Notes: generated by a model from the sequence alone, not told the origin. Positions 22,071-35,368 are shown, counted from the stretch's first letter. The stretch: 64,000 nucleotides of DNA from Monocercomonoides exilis PA203 (GCA_001643675.2 LSRY02000035.1:620001-684000), one strand, 5' to 3'. Program-made: numbers and translations.

Positions 22071-23771
22071 GTTCTTCCGCAGGGCACCGGCGCAATCTGT
22101 TCTAAAATTGTATCTGGTATTCTCGGTGCGATTGTTTACTATATCCCTGCGACTTTCTCCCCACTCAGGACTTGTCCAGCTTTTTCACCATCCGGCTGAG
22201 TGCATTTGCTTCTGTATTCTGTTCCCCCGGGAGATGTTCCGTCTGAATTGTGATGTCCAGGCCGTTCAGTTTCCTTTCCAAAGCCCTCAGTGTTTGAATG
22301 AGCTACGGCGCTCCCCTCTTCTTCTGAATTGTCCATCTCGCGGACACGTTATCTGTTTTTAGACGAATAAATCTTCCTTCAGTTGTTGCAGCCATGCTCC
22401 CTTTCTCTCTAGAGTCCTCAACACTGCTCTGGAATCCTTCTCGTTGATTGCAAGCGTGCTCTCCTGGAGAGTCCAACTTCCGTGAACATAAATCTTCTCC
22501 TCCCTGTTCTCTTTCGGTATTGTCAACGCTGCACCCCATCCCAGCTCTAACGCATCCGTTGTAAGTACTGCTGGCCTTGTTCTCTTCCTCATACGCCTCG
22601 GTTTATTCTCTTGTTGTATCTTTTTCCAGTGTGTTAATTCTCCAGGTTTCATTGGGCTGACTATCACCGTTCCATTCCAGCCTCCGCGGGCTATTGCATG
22701 CCTCAGCACATATTGCATGCGCTTCATCCACAAGCTCGCCGGTGGGTGTTGTGACCTCACAAAATTCAATCTCCCGAGGAGTGCTGCTAAGTCTCTCGTC
22801 TTTTGTCTCCTCCTCTCCATTGCATGTGCTTTCCACGTTCGCACATCCTCCAGAAGCAGCACTCTCTTCCTCTTTTGGAGCGTCACTTCCATCTTCTCTG
22901 AGTTCCACAGCCATCCCAGAAACTCCACGCTCCTTACTGGTTCAAACTTCAGTTTCTCTTCCGACAGTATCCAGCCCAGATCTCTCAGGAACTGGGCTAT
23001 CTCCTGTGAGATCGATCTCAATGCATCCCTGTCTGGGTGCATGAGGAGAATGTCGTCCAGGTATATCACTTGCTTCACTTTCCACTTTTCTCTGATATAT
23101 GACGCCTCCCTTCTCATTATCTTCGTGAAAACTCTGGAAGCATTTTTCGCTCCAAATGGCATCCCTATGTGAGCGTAGCATTGACTTTGAAAGCTGAAAC
23201 ACAGATAGGGACTGAATTACTCGTACACTTTGACATGCTGGTATGCACTCGATATGTCCAGAGTTGTCATCCAGTCGTTCTCCTCCAGGAGTTCCACCAC
23301 TGTCTCCTGGGAATCCATCTTGAAATGCTTTCCCTGTTCTTCCTCGTTTAGAGCTCTGCAATCCAGGATTTTTCTCCACTTTCCGTTTTTCTTTATCACC
23401 ATGAATGTCGGGTTGAACTACTTCACCTCCGACTCCTGTATGGGCTTCACCACTCCATCCATCAACTCCTCCTCCAAGAGGGATAAATAATTGTTCATCA
23501 TCTCCATCGTCCCCCGAAACTCTTGTCTATGTTTTCTCTCCTCGAGTGAGATTGGGGATTGGGGACTTTTTCATCGAGCTCTTATACCACGGCTCACAAG
23601 TTTATCTCCCCCAATCTTCTTCCACTCGCTCAGTCTGTTCACTAGTCTCCCAGGAAGTAGCTCCTTCGGTGGTCCAATCGCTTGACTCCTCTTCACTTCT
23701 TGGGTCTTGTGGCCATGCTGAATCTGTGTATTCTCTTCTCCTTCGAGAATATATGCAATAGCTGTCTTCAA
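21683..23771 (-). pseudogene. DIRS pol (RT, RNase H, methyltransferase-like domain), broken by stops and frameshifts
   Basis: RT: KKNGKWRKILDCRALN, LDISSAYQH, MPFGAKNASRVF, IYLDDILL. RNase H: LTTDALELGWGA, TDN. MT-like: VHPFLRNI...ILPAWRGQTW. The motifs are split over ORFs 23571-23771, 23217-23402, 22359-23162, 22303-22539 and 21683-22087. Confidence 0.9.
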
Positions 23772-23912
23772 GCTCGCCTCCTGGGGGCTCCCAATTGGGG
23801 ATTCGATAACAGTTCCAGAAGCTCTCCAAACTATCTTCTCTTCCTCCTTCTCGGATTTCTGCTCGTTCTTCTGTTTTGTCTTGTGGAGATATACGGAGTC
23901 TTCTTCTGTGTT

Positions 23913-25448
23913 CTATCTCCATGTTCCCATCTCATGGTCTCTCGAGATCTCTTGATCTATCCTCTTCTCTCGATCGAATGGCATCAATGCCTTTTCGTTG
24001 TTCTCGCAAACTCCCACGGGTTCCGTTCTTGTAACCATCTGTCGATTGAACGAGACTCCCCCTGGCATTGTCACTCCCTCGGAATTCGATTGCGTTCTGT
24101 TTATCTCTGTCTCGCAGCAAAGCGCGGATCTCTCTTCTCTCTCTATCTCGCGGCGAAGCGCGACCTTTTTCCCCCTCGCTTCTACGATGCCCATTGGCTC
24201 TATCCAGAAGCTGCACATGTTGCTGGTCCTCCCCGTATCCTCGGGGGAGCTGGGGGGAGGGGAACTGTGATCGTGGCCACTCTCCCAGGTGATACTGGGG
24301 GATGCTGTGAGGGGATGTGTTGATCTCCTTCTTTCCCTGAAATTCGTGAAGCTCCCATTCAAGCCATGCTTCAGGAGCTGTCTGTAAGCGAAGCCCTGAG
24401 CGTTCATGTCTGTGCTGGACCTCCTTGAGCGTCCTCTCCTGGCTGTGATAAGGCCGAAGGCTGTTGGAGAAGCGGGGGATGCTCCGTACACTGGAACATC
24501 CCCCACTGGACGAAAAAAGCTGGTGCTTTCCACCAACCTCCTCAGGCTCTCTGGTACATCTTTGGACGTTCCCCCTTCAAGGAAGCACTTCTCATTCTCC
24601 CAGTTTGAATGGGGAATAACTTTCAAAAAGTTGATGCGGCTGATACTGTTTGCTATCAGGGCGAACGAGCAGAAGAGTCCCCTCAGTCGCTCCTTCTCTT
24701 CTTCCTCAAAACGTGTCTTCCTCAATTCTCTTGTTGAAAGGGCTGCAATCGCATTAGCGGCTTCAAACACCGATTCAAGGGCTGGTTGGAGAAATTCAAT
24801 GACTCGTACAGCTTCTGGTGAGTCCTTTCTCCATTCAGCGGTGACCCCAGTCGCCTTTAAGGCGTTCCAACTCGCATCAGTGTGTCTGGTGAAGAAACTC
24901 TTTTCCGTCTCTTGAATAAACGTGTTAAAGACATCATCGTTTATTCTGATCGATCCGGCCTTGCAAAACTCCACAAATCTCTTCAGTTCTCCCGCCTGCC
25001 TCCTGGGCGTCAGCCATTCGTCTGGGAAAATTCCCAAAAAGTCTTCCGATCTCTCCTGCTCTTCTTCCCGCTTTTCTGTACTTCCGAAATCGCTCTCGCT
25101 GCTTTCTTCTTCGTCCCATCTCTTCATTTGGTTTCGTACGCCACTGCCCCTCAATCGCTGTCTGTGTCTCTTCTTTTCAATCATCTCTGAATAATTAGTT
25201 TCGGACTCAGATTCGCTTGATCTCGTCAGAGATCTTCTTCTTGGCCGTTCCCTCTTCGTCTTTCTCATTGGTAATAATCCTTCTGCTCCGGAGTGACTTG
25301 GTCCTCCTCTGCTCATCGATACTTCATCAATCCAGTTTTCAACTCTCTTGAGCCTTTGAACAAGATCAACAATCTTCTCCTCGCTGTCGCTGTCTGCCAT
25401 TCTAACAGGATTTAGCCTCATTTCAACTGCGGACAATGGTGTAAACAA
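23913..25448 (-). CDS. DIRS ORF1 (gag-like), 3' end probably frameshifted
   Basis: Long charged ORF directly after the left ITR and upstream of pol, on the same strand. The assignment is positional. Confidence 0.65.
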   Translation of the reverse strand: MFTPLSAVEMRLNPVRMADSDSEEKIVDLVQRLKRVENWIDEVSMSRGGPSHSGAEGLLPMRKTKRERPRRRSLTRSSESESETNYSEMIEKKRHRQRLRGSGVRNQMKRWDEEESSESDFGSTEKREEEQERSEDFLGIFPDEWLTPRRQAGELKRFVEFCKAGSIRINDDVFNTFIQETEKSFFTRHTDASWNALKATGVTAEWRKDSPEAVRVIEFLQPALESVFEAANAIAALSTRELRKTRFEEEEKERLRGLFCSFALIANSISRINFLKVIPHSNWENEKCFLEGGTSKDVPESLRRLVESTSFFRPVGDVPVYGASPASPTAFGLITARRGRSRRSSTDMNAQGFAYRQLLKHGLNGSFTNFRERRRSTHPLTASPSITWESGHDHSSPPPSSPEDTGRTSNMCSFWIEPMGIVEARGKKVALRREIEREERSALCCETEINRTQSNSEGVTMPGGVSFNRQMVTRTEPVGVCENNEKALMPFDREKRIDQEISRDHEMGTWR

Positions 25449-25464
25449 GAAGTCAATTCGTTAG

Positions 25465-25560
25465 CGAAGTTTGATTTTAAACCACCCATTGTTTAAGATC
25501 AAACTCATTATTGAGGAGCAAACCTGCTTCTTGCGTTCGAAGATTCGCTTTATTACAAAT
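25465..25560 (-). repeat. DIRS left (5') inverted terminal repeat
   Basis: The sense strand starts ATTTGTAATAAAGCGAATC. It is complementary to the ICR half at 20197-20253 and homologous (inverted) to 19502-19585. Confidence 0.82.
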
Positions 25561-26083
25561 CGATGAATTATTCCTTTTTCTGGTTTTCATTCCTCAAATC
25601 TTCTTCTTTCATCAAATGATGCAACAAACTCAGCAAAGAAAAAATTGTTATAAAATATTCGAATTCTTGACTAAGCCTGGGTGACTTAAGACTTTTGTCT
25701 TAAGGAAATCTTCTTTTGACTGACTTTAAAAATGCTTGAAGTCAAAAAGCATTTATATCTAATCAAAATTATTCAAAAGTTTAACAGTTTATCGTTCACA
25801 CACTTAATAAAATAAAAGGAAAATGAAAAATTTAAATCGAACAAAAAATAATCGATACTTTTTTTTTTGAAATAAAGAACACGTTAATGGGTTTTGACTG
25901 GATCAATTTTTTGGAAATTGCCTAAGTCACAGACTGGTCGATCTTTTTTTGACTTTGTCAAATTTTTGTGTCAACACCCAACATAATTGAATGTTAAAAT
26001 CATTTGAGTGAATTTCAAAATGCCTTTATGGATAAACATATTAATTGCATCGTTTTTTGATTGATTTATTCACTTTGAATAGC

Positions 26084-29000
26084 ATGAACACACTTTAAAG
26101 TGTATCTTCAAATGACCGGATTAACAAAATAAAGTGAAAAGAAAAAAGATGAAAGCATGCATGAGTCTTTTTCGTTTCCTTCAACAAGTTCCTCCTGCTC
26201 TTCTTCTTTTGATAGTTTTTCTTCGTCATGTTTGACATATTCTCGCATCACATATTTCCAAAATAATTCTCGTGACTTAACTGAAGATGCAATGGAAGAC
26301 GGAACTGATGAAATAGAATTTGGCGTAGATAATGTGGATGTGCTGTTTAAAAACCAGAAGATCAATTTGACTTCACAACTGGAACCAGAAAAGAGAAAGA
26401 AGTTTGTTATCAAGTGGTATGTTCCATATGTTTTTACTGGGCTACACGAATTAGACAAGGTTTTGAAAGATACGTTGTAACAGTATAATCAAATCAATCA
26501 AAAGAGATCAGGGATTTATGTTTCAAACTGTTTCCGGATTTTTTGAATGAAGCACCAAGCTTCGTATAAGAAGACGACACACAAAAGTTCGACGCAGAGA
26601 TCACGAAGAAAGAACTTATTCAAACAATTCTTTCAAACATCTTTTTTTCATTTGTTTCATCTCAATGCAGCGAATCAAGCTGCGAATGTGTCTTTTCAAG
26701 AACAAAAAGGATCTCTGGTGACAGAAGGCATTCTCTATCTTTGAAGCACTAAATGCTCTTTTAACTGTTTTGTCTTTTGACAAAAGTTTTTTCATTTCAC
26801 ATTTCTTTCAACAAATTTTTAAATAAACAATAAATCATCTGTTTTCTTTTTTGATTTTCACAAAAATATCAATCAATATTTTCATGAATAAACTGCATAT
26901 TTAAAAATAGTTCTTGTGAAGCGTTAATATCAATGAGCAAATAAAAAGAAGAACATCTGAATGAGGAAACTGAAAGCAATATTCATGATGTAAGTTAACG
27001 AGAAGGAGAATATGTGTTGCGTTTCTTGCTCTTTTCAATAAAATCTCACTTCTTTTCTATGATAAAGTTCGAAGTGCTTTTATAGCTTTCAACATATCTT
27101 CTTTGTCATGAATTCTGTATTTTCAACAGCTTTGTGCATCTCTCTATGCCTTCTGAATTCCATTATTGCTTGCTGATTTTTCAATTTTATTTTAACGCTT
27201 CACTGATATTTCCTCTTCTATTGCAGCTTCTTTTCCTTCTTCGCCATCTTCTTCTTTTTAACTTCATTCTCCCCCAACGGAGCTATTGTCCTTTCCCACA
27301 CCCACTCAACCGATCGTTGCTATGTTTCCCCTCATCCCACAGCCAGTCATCCATCTCGTTTCATGCTATCAGCTGAAAGAGGATGTGCTGTTCACCATCG
27401 ACGACTGCTTCTCTCTCGGCAAAGACAACCTGTCGCTTTTGAGGGCAGCACTCATCACGCCAGACATCATTCCCATTGGAATGGATGAAAGCACAACAAG
27501 CGATGAAGAAGAAGGTGTTGAAGAAAAAGAAGAAATGAAACAGCAGAATGACTCAAGTGATTAATTGTCATCGCCATCATTATCATTGTCTTCTTCTTCA
27601 TCTTTTTCCTCTTCCATTTCGTATCTTCTCAATTCATCAGTCGAATTCCTAAGCGGTGCGTTTCGTCTGCCTTTTGGATCGGCCGCGATACACTCGCTGA
27701 ATGCAGCTCTGATCTGTCAAGCAGTTCCTCTTCTCTCTTCTTCAATGCTTCCACTCCAACAAATGAGATTGTTCAAAAACATGAAATATAATGGATCTAA
27801 TCCTCTTTTCTCTGCCTCTTCGCACTTTTGTACGTCTTCTTCTTTCTCTTCTCCTGCTATTTCAGATCTATCGCCTTCTCTCTCCAATTATTATTCCCCA
27901 TCTCCAGTAACATTTTCATCCTATTCGTCGGTTGTTGGATCACCTCGTGCTCATCTCCTTCTCTTTCGTGATGTTTCACTTAAACAGCCAGCTCCTCCAC
28001 CTCTTCTTCTCCTTCTTCTTCATTTCCTCTTCGTATTCTTCTTCATACTTGTTATTTTCTCCACACAATTCTTCAGTTTGTCACTTTCCTGTTGCTTTTT
28101 AACCTTTGTGCACTTGTCTTCTGTAGTGGTTTTAATCCGTTTGAGCACATTCATCTGAGAGAGAGAATGAATAATGGAAATTGAAGCGGAGAAGTGGAAG
28201 CTGGGATGGACGATGCGGAGAAAGAATGAAAATGAGAAGGAGAAGAAGAGGTCGAACATTCATTTGCTATTTGAAAGGATTGTGAAGATTGTGCAAGTAG
28301 CAATGAGGCAGACACTCACATAAGCATAAAAGTCATTCATTGTTCCATGTTAAAATAACAAGCTGCAGAACACCGAAGGTGGTTGAAAGAGATTCAAAGC
28401 TGTTCTCTGAGTCATGTGGCATAAACTAAGTTCTTCCTATCTCGTTTGAGTCTCTCTGGTTGCATTTCTCTTTTTCCCGCTCTGTAAAGCACATTCCGCA
28501 GTTGGTGGCTAGCTCTCAACCAGCTTCATGTTCTTCTTCTTTTCCTTGTTCTCCTCTTCATTCTTCTTCTTCTTCTTTAAATAATTCAAAAAAAAAATCA
28601 CAAAAAATAAATTCCATCGTTAGGGCCCGTTCGATTTATTCCGGAGATTATTCCTTAACTCAATTGAAAACAGACATGTCAAATTAACAAAAGAAGAAGA
28701 AGAAGAAGTTGTGTGAAATGTTGATGATATATTTATAGAAGATCCAGAAGACAATGATGATGATGAATGTGTTGAATGAGATGATTATTTGTTGAAGATT
28801 GAGAAGATGAGAGTCAATTAACATCAACAAAAAATACATTGAAATTCTTTTCTTTTGTCCCTTTTTCTTCTGGCAAATAATATCCTCCAAATCCATCAAA
28901 CATTCAGCTCAATCCACTTTCTTTCTTTCCAACAAAAAATACGAAAGATTGAGCGATCCCTTTTTCATTTCATCTCTTCCATATTCGCTTCCCCTCTTTC

Positions 29001-29166
29001 ACAAAAAAAAACATCTTTCCTCAAAAACGAATTCTTCGTCAAAGCCCGATTCAATGAGTCTTCGAAATATCTAGCATTTCATGTGTCCGTCTTTTTTTTC
29101 CTTCCTAGCTTATCTTGTTCTTCTTCAAAGCCATCCATTCCTTCTATCTTTCAGCATCCTGAATGA
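26084..29166 (+). pseudogene. Degraded gene fragments of unknown product
   Basis: Short Ser-rich coding-like ORFs (26157-26480, 27286-28158, 28460-28687) are separated by stops and frameshifts. No recognisable domain. Confidence 0.35.
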
Positions 29167-30021
29167 AAAATAATAATCACTCGAAAAAAATAACTACATC
29201 AAACCTTCAAAGCATTTTTTAAAGCAATTTTCTGTTTATTATTCCCAAGTCAATGCTTGTTTTCCTTTATAATAAAATTCGTTATGCCTTCGATTTTCAA
29301 GTGTTTCATCATCTGATTCTCAGTTTTCACTTCCAATTTTCTTCATCCTGTGAACTTTCTTTATGAATTTGTAGAATAAACTCGATATTCAGGCAGATAA
29401 ACAAGATGTTCCACTTTTTGTTTATTTTCGAAAATTTCCACTGGATTGCATGAAAGAAGTACATTTACAGATTATAGGCAAATACAACAATATGCAAACC
29501 AATCAGCTATCATTGACTTCAAGCGTTCAATTGCAAAAAGATATTTCTCAGAATAAGTATTATTAGAATTATGGTTCATAATATTTTCTTTCTTTTGAGG
29601 AAAAAATAATACATAATTAATTATTTCAAAAAATAACCATACATTTTTAAGCAATAAAATTTGTGTTTATTGCCTCAAATATCAAGATAGAGAGAAAAAA
29701 AGCCAATTGACGTGAAAATATTCCACTGACTGACGTAACCATCAATTTTTCAATCCGTCAACCAGGCTTATTCTTGACTTTCACTCACTCACTCACTCAC
29801 TCTCTTTGAAAAGTCATATTTTCGTTTTTATTCAATCTGATTGAAATTTTCATTATGGCCTATTCCTTTACACAAAAAATATTAAAAGTTTTTGGCTGAA
29901 AGATTATATATTAATTTTATTTTTGGTGGGCTTTTGAAGATTGTTTTCATTTTCTCGACCATAATAAATTGCCTTGTCTATTTTGACTTTCGAAAAAGCC
30001 CAGGAACTTGTTGTTTGTGAA

Positions 30022-33000
30022 ATGGAGCCCAGCAACGACTCGTACGATGTGGTAGAAAACTGTGTGTTCTTTTGTTATTTGGGTATGTTATTTGCGATTT
30101 AAGACAGGATTGAGGAAATGCTTGGGAAAGGAGAGTTTGGGGACGTGTATCTTGTGACGAACAAGGATGACGGGCGAAAATACGTGGCGAAAATACTGAA
30201 GATAAAATCGGGAAGGCTGACGGAGGAGCAGATGGCGGAGCTGTTTGAGACGAAAAGCATCGACTGCGAGTTTGTTGTGAAGATGCACGAAACGTTCTTT
30301 GCGTGGCAGGGAGCAGGAGACATGCTTGCGTATCTCATCATGGAGTACTGCAACGGCGGGACACTGGGGAGCGTGATTCGGAAGAACATGAATGCTCAAC
30401 AAGCGATGGAGCTGGACACGTTCAAGCAAGTGTTCACGCAGATTCTGCTTGGGCTGCATTATCTGCACTCGATGGGGATGCTGCACAGGGACTTGAAGCC
30501 GGACAACATATTTTTGCAAGAAGGGGGCAGGGTGAAAATCGGGGATCTGGGCCTGCTGGCGCAAATCAAAGATGGGCAAAGTTTTGTGTTTGGGAATGTT
30601 GGAACAAAGTGTGCCATTTTCTCAGATGCTTTTTGTTTTATTGACGATGTGTGCATGTGTGCATGCATTACTGCTGCTGCTGGCTAATGCATGTGTTTCA
30701 GGTGCTATCGCGCACCAGAAGTTGGAAGAAACGCCAAGTATGCCAATTCCAAAGCACTTTGAAGAATAAGCCATTTTCACATACGAAAGTTGCTGTTATG
30801 AATCAGATGTGTTTTCTTTTGGGGTGATTGCGTATGAGATGCTGATGAACAAGCGGCCGTACGATTGCATGAGCTGTGAGTACTTCGATGTTCCTTTCAA
30901 TGTGGCTGAGCCGCTGAAGTGCGACGAGGAGGAAATCCGACGAATTGTCAACCAGATGATTGAAGAGGTGTGTGCAGGCCTTTGAGCAACAGCTGCTGAA
31001 CGTGGCGGACTTTTCCTTCTTTTGTCTGATGTTTCTGTTTGCAACATATGAATTGTGATGGCAGGACTACAAAAAGCGCCCGAAGACCGAAGAGATTCTG
31101 AAATGCGAATTTGTGAAGAAGACGATAAATCAGTGCAACTATCAGGTGAAAGAGGCACCGGATAACAGAGAGTTTGCTTCATTTCTTCTTCTTCTTCTTC
31201 TTCTTTTCATTTTGGTTTTTCATCTTTGACTTGTGTGCGCGAATGGTGAAACACGACAGACAGGCGGAGTTAAGGCGGGTGGAAGAGATGCTGGACAACC
31301 CCGAAATGAAAGTGCATCTGAGCGGAATTGAGTCGCTGCTATCGGCGTACAAAGAAGCACAAAGCAGCAGCTCTGTTTTTCGGGCTGTGGGCAGGAGCAG
31401 CGACGAAAGTGTTGGGAGAAGAGGAAAGAGAAAGAAAAGCAGCGATGAGCTTTCTGATCTGCCAAGCATGCCTTCGGGTTACTGTGGGTGTGGCTGTGGC
31501 GCAGCGAAAGAATCGCCTGTTGTGAAAAGCAGAGGGACAAAAGCGGTGTGGAAGGAGGATGGTGACTGGATGGCCATTGGGCAGGAAGTGGTTGGGGAAG
31601 GTGTTTGGCTGTTTGAGACGCGGATACGCAGACTTTGCGAACACGATTGCAAACACACATCAGCTGGAGCAGGTGGAGCATGTGGGACAGGTGAGGCAGA
31701 GGAAGTTGAATGCAGCGAGAAGGAGAGGAGGATGGTGATTGGCGTCTGTGAATCTGGCGGAGAAAACGAAACGGTGCTGTTTGGAGAGGACGAAGGGCAA
31801 AGTGCTGGGTATTGGGCAGATGGAATGCTGAAGAGCAGAAACAAATGGATCCAGAAAGATGGGAAATGTGTGTTTTTTGTTTTATTTTTCATTTTATTGT
31901 TTTGTTGTGTGAGATGTGATGGTATAAATTGAGCATTTTACTTTTATATTTTTTATTTTTTATTTTTTGTATTTGCTTCATTTTGAGATGTGTTTATCAA
32001 AACGAACATTCATCTGAATTTGTTGATTGATGCCTTCGACTGGCGTGAGGCAGCTGTGAGCAACGTTTGCTGGGAATGTGGGGATGTTGTGGCAGTTGAG
32101 GCAGACATGAACAGAAGGATTGTCTCGTTTTATGTGAACGGCTGCCGCCAGGCTGTGTTTTTTGTGGATGTTCCGCCCAAACTCGTTTTTGGTGTTTGCC
32201 ATTTTTTATTTCAAATCTGCTTCATCTTTTTTCATCTTTTTTCATCTTTTTTCATCTTTTTTGATTTGATATTTTGCCTTCAATTGTGTATGTGAAAATG
32301 TGTGTATTGAATGAACTGGGCTGTGACAATTCCTGTTTCAGTTTGGAGCCTGCCGACGGAACACGACATGTGAAATAATCCGCTTTTGCCGCCTTCCTTC
32401 ATCGCAGTTCCATCCGAGTTACGCAGACATCGCATGCATCTGGAACAGACACGCAAGAGAGATCGAGTGGTTCATGCTTGGCATGAAATACCGTCCTTGC
32501 GCAGCATCAGGAGCATCTTCGCCTTCCACCCAGCCTCGTCAGCCGAATGCGCATTCAGCACTTTCGTCTGAGCTGCTGCCGATTCTGCAAGGAGAGACAC
32601 AATACACGCGATATTTTGGGTTTGAGGAAGGCAGCTGCAGATGGATCCACCACATGAACATGAATCTGGTGGCAGACGTTGCTCTGCGGGGGTGCCGATG
32701 GATTGTGACGGTGCGGTTCGACTCGTTTGGGCAGCGGCTGGAGAAGAACGTGAGGAGAGAGAGGATGTCTGTTGCGAGCAGCAACCTCAGCAGAAGCAGC
32801 ATCAGCAGCAGGGTTGGCAGAGCGAAGCAGGACAAGACAAAAACAGCGTCATATGTTCCGAGCCATCGAAGCCAGCACAGAGAAGGAATGGAACCGTTGA
32901 CAGAAGAGGAGCAAAAGGCGTATGCAGATTATGTGAGGAGCCAGAGTTGGGTTCCGTATGTTGGGGTGTCGCAGTTTCCTTTGGCAGCGCAGATTGCATC

Positions 33001-35368
33001 GCAGTTTGGAGACAGCGAAGCATCGGCAGCGTACTTGGCGAGCGGAGAGTGCAGGCACATGGAGCAGCTGGTCGAAGGGAACGAGGCGTTTGGGGAAGGA
33101 GACGAGGTTTCTGTGGTTGTGGATCTGCCGAAGTCGGAGATCTGCTTCTACAGGAACAGGGTGGCGCAGAAAGTGGGCTTTGTGAATGTGCCGAGCACTG
33201 TGATTGTCGGGGTGTGCAGTCTGAAGAAACGGACTATGCTGTTTTTTTTATTTGAGAAACCGAGAAAAGAAAGCAATTGTGCAAAAAGGATGATCAAACG
33301 AATATGAATATTATTTTTTTTTTCCTATCTTTTTCATGTTATTTTCTGCTCATGGAATTGTGAAGGAGAAAAAAAAATTGCTGTGTGAAATGGAATATTT
33401 TCAATAATCATTTTTGTGCTTATTTTGTATGTGTGTGTCTTTTTATTCTATTTGTTTTGAAATGATGTTATTTTTCAGGTTGGGATGGGAGCAAAAGATT
33501 CGAAATGCACGCTTGTTCGATGCCAGCCGCTAAGACAAAATGAAGATCCCTTTTATCAACCTCCTCCTCTTCCTTCTCTATCTTCTCCAGTGCATGTCCA
33601 ATCAGCGAAACCAGATGAATCGTGTGCAGCTGATGAGAAGAAGAGCCAGTCTTTGCCGAATGCAGCAGGCAAGACCATTTGCCGTCGGTTGAGCAGAGCT
33701 GTTCGGTGGGGCCAGAGCGAAAAGGCGAGCCAGTTTGCGAAAGACAACTTGGATGAGTTCATGCCAGTGCAGCTGATCCGCTCGCAAACAGTTGCGAGGT
33801 GGGTGGATGCAGAGCGGATGGCGCAGGAAAGGAAGGCGAAGCGGGAGCTGAAAGAGAAAGAAGAGTCGATCGCGGAGGGTGACGAAGAAGAGGAAGGGCC
33901 AGGGATTTTGGAGATGCTGCGGGAGATGGCAGTTGTGAAAGAGAAGAGACAAACTGAGGGCTCGTTTGGAGAGCAGTTTTGTGGGAGCAAAGGGATGACC
34001 GAGCAGCGGGGAGCGAAGGAGAAGAATGTGATGTTGTTTGTGAAGCAGGAGGTAAGAGAAGGGATTTGGAGGTGCAAGCTGAAAATCTCAAAGCTGCGTG
34101 ATTGCTATGGGGAGCGAATTGCGGGCAGGCGCAGGACAGGTGGGCATTCGTCCTCTGGGCGAAGATCAGCCTCTGGAGCGAGCGAGAAAAGAAGAGAAGA
34201 CACAGAAAGAGACTGCTATTCAGACTCGGATGATGACAGCTCAGAAGGGAGCAGGGAAGACAGGTTGAGCGAAAGCGAGAAGGAAAGCGAGAAGGAAGAT
34301 GACTCCAGTGGAACTGACAGCAGCCGCGATGAGACAAGCGAAGAAAGCGATTGCCAAACAGAAGCATATTGGAACAAAAAGCAGGAGATTGCTTGGAAGC
34401 CGCACATCGGTGTTTGTGTGAAGGGATGGAAGTATCGTTCAGAATCTGTTCTTCGTGGTAAAAATGCTCAGTCAGGCAAGGCTAAGCAGCGAGGGCTGGA
34501 GGGAGAATTGACAGGAAAGGAAAAGAAGCAGCCTTTTCAGACAGTCTTTTTTGATCAGCGGCGTTCTCGGGCAGATCATTGCTGCTTGGCAGAACAGTCT
34601 TTGGAGACGAGTGGCAGCCGGCCGTTTGGGTTTGACGAAGGGTCGATTGCATTTGGGTGTGACGGGCGTGTGCTGGTGAATGGTGTTGTGCAGTGTCGGT
34701 GCGAAAGGTGGGGAGAGGGCGACACAGTGGCGCTTGAGGTGAATGGGGTAAACGGGACGCTTCTGATGTATGTGAACAGGGTGAGGCAGCCAGCGGTGGT
34801 GGTGAATGTTCCGCGGTGTGTGTGCTTCGGGGTCTTTCTCGGTGGAGACGGCAGCCAATGCAGGCTGATGGGGGTGGAGCGTGCTCGCGTCTCGCCTTTC
34901 CACAAGCACAAGAGCGACCGCTGGATTGACTGGAATGGTGGAGGGGCAGGGGCAACGGAGGCTTCGACTGCATTGTTGGGCATGACGGGGAGCAAAGGGT
35001 TGGCCAGGCATGATTCGTCCTCTTCACCACGAATGTTGGGAGATGAACTGATCATTCCGTCGTTTCATCCTCGAAAGACGGCTCCTGCAGCAGCAGACTC
35101 ATCAGCCAATAGATGTTTTGCTCCTGAATCCCGGGCATTGCTCTCTGCAGAACCGTCTGCTTCTCCACCTCAGCCAACTTCCCATTCATCTGGGGTGCAT
35201 TCTGAAAGGGTTGGCAACAAATATGTTTTTGAGCCTCCTCCGCCTCCTTCATCCGAGCAGCAAGCTGACACATACTCGCCCTCAATATCGCCGAATCCAA
35301 AAGTTGTTTTGAGCCTTTTGAAGCTGAACCAGATGGCATACAATTCGCAAAAGCGAGCTCACAAATGA
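30022..35368 (+). CDS. NEK-like Ser/Thr kinase with three C-terminal SPRY/B30.2-like domains, multi-exon
   Basis: Intron 30062-30103 gives ENYRIEEMLGKGEFGDVYLV. Kinase motifs: VAK, MEYCNGG, HRDLKPDN, DLG, GTK-CYRAPE, SDVFSFG. Three repeats of W/F..GD.V.+.++....+.+Y.N...Q...F.NVP..+..GV occur at ~32070, ~33090 and ~34710. Linking all exons into one gene is inferred. Confidence 0.8.

Larger units (their letters stand above)
19502..25560 (-). mobile_element. Full-length (about 6.06 kb), decaying DIRS1-type tyrosine-recombinase retrotransposon
   Basis: On the minus strand: gag-like ORF, RT (YLDD)-RNase H-MT fragments and an overlapping tyrosine recombinase ORF. Imperfect ITRs lie at ~25465-25560 and 19502-~19585, and a two-part ICR lies at 20157-20253. 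Confidence 0.92.

Noticed and set aside
25665-25985. Hairpins and weak inverted repeats next to the DIRS left end (possible MITE or Helitron end)
   Set aside because: The matches are short and degenerate, with no TSD or diagnostic terminus.
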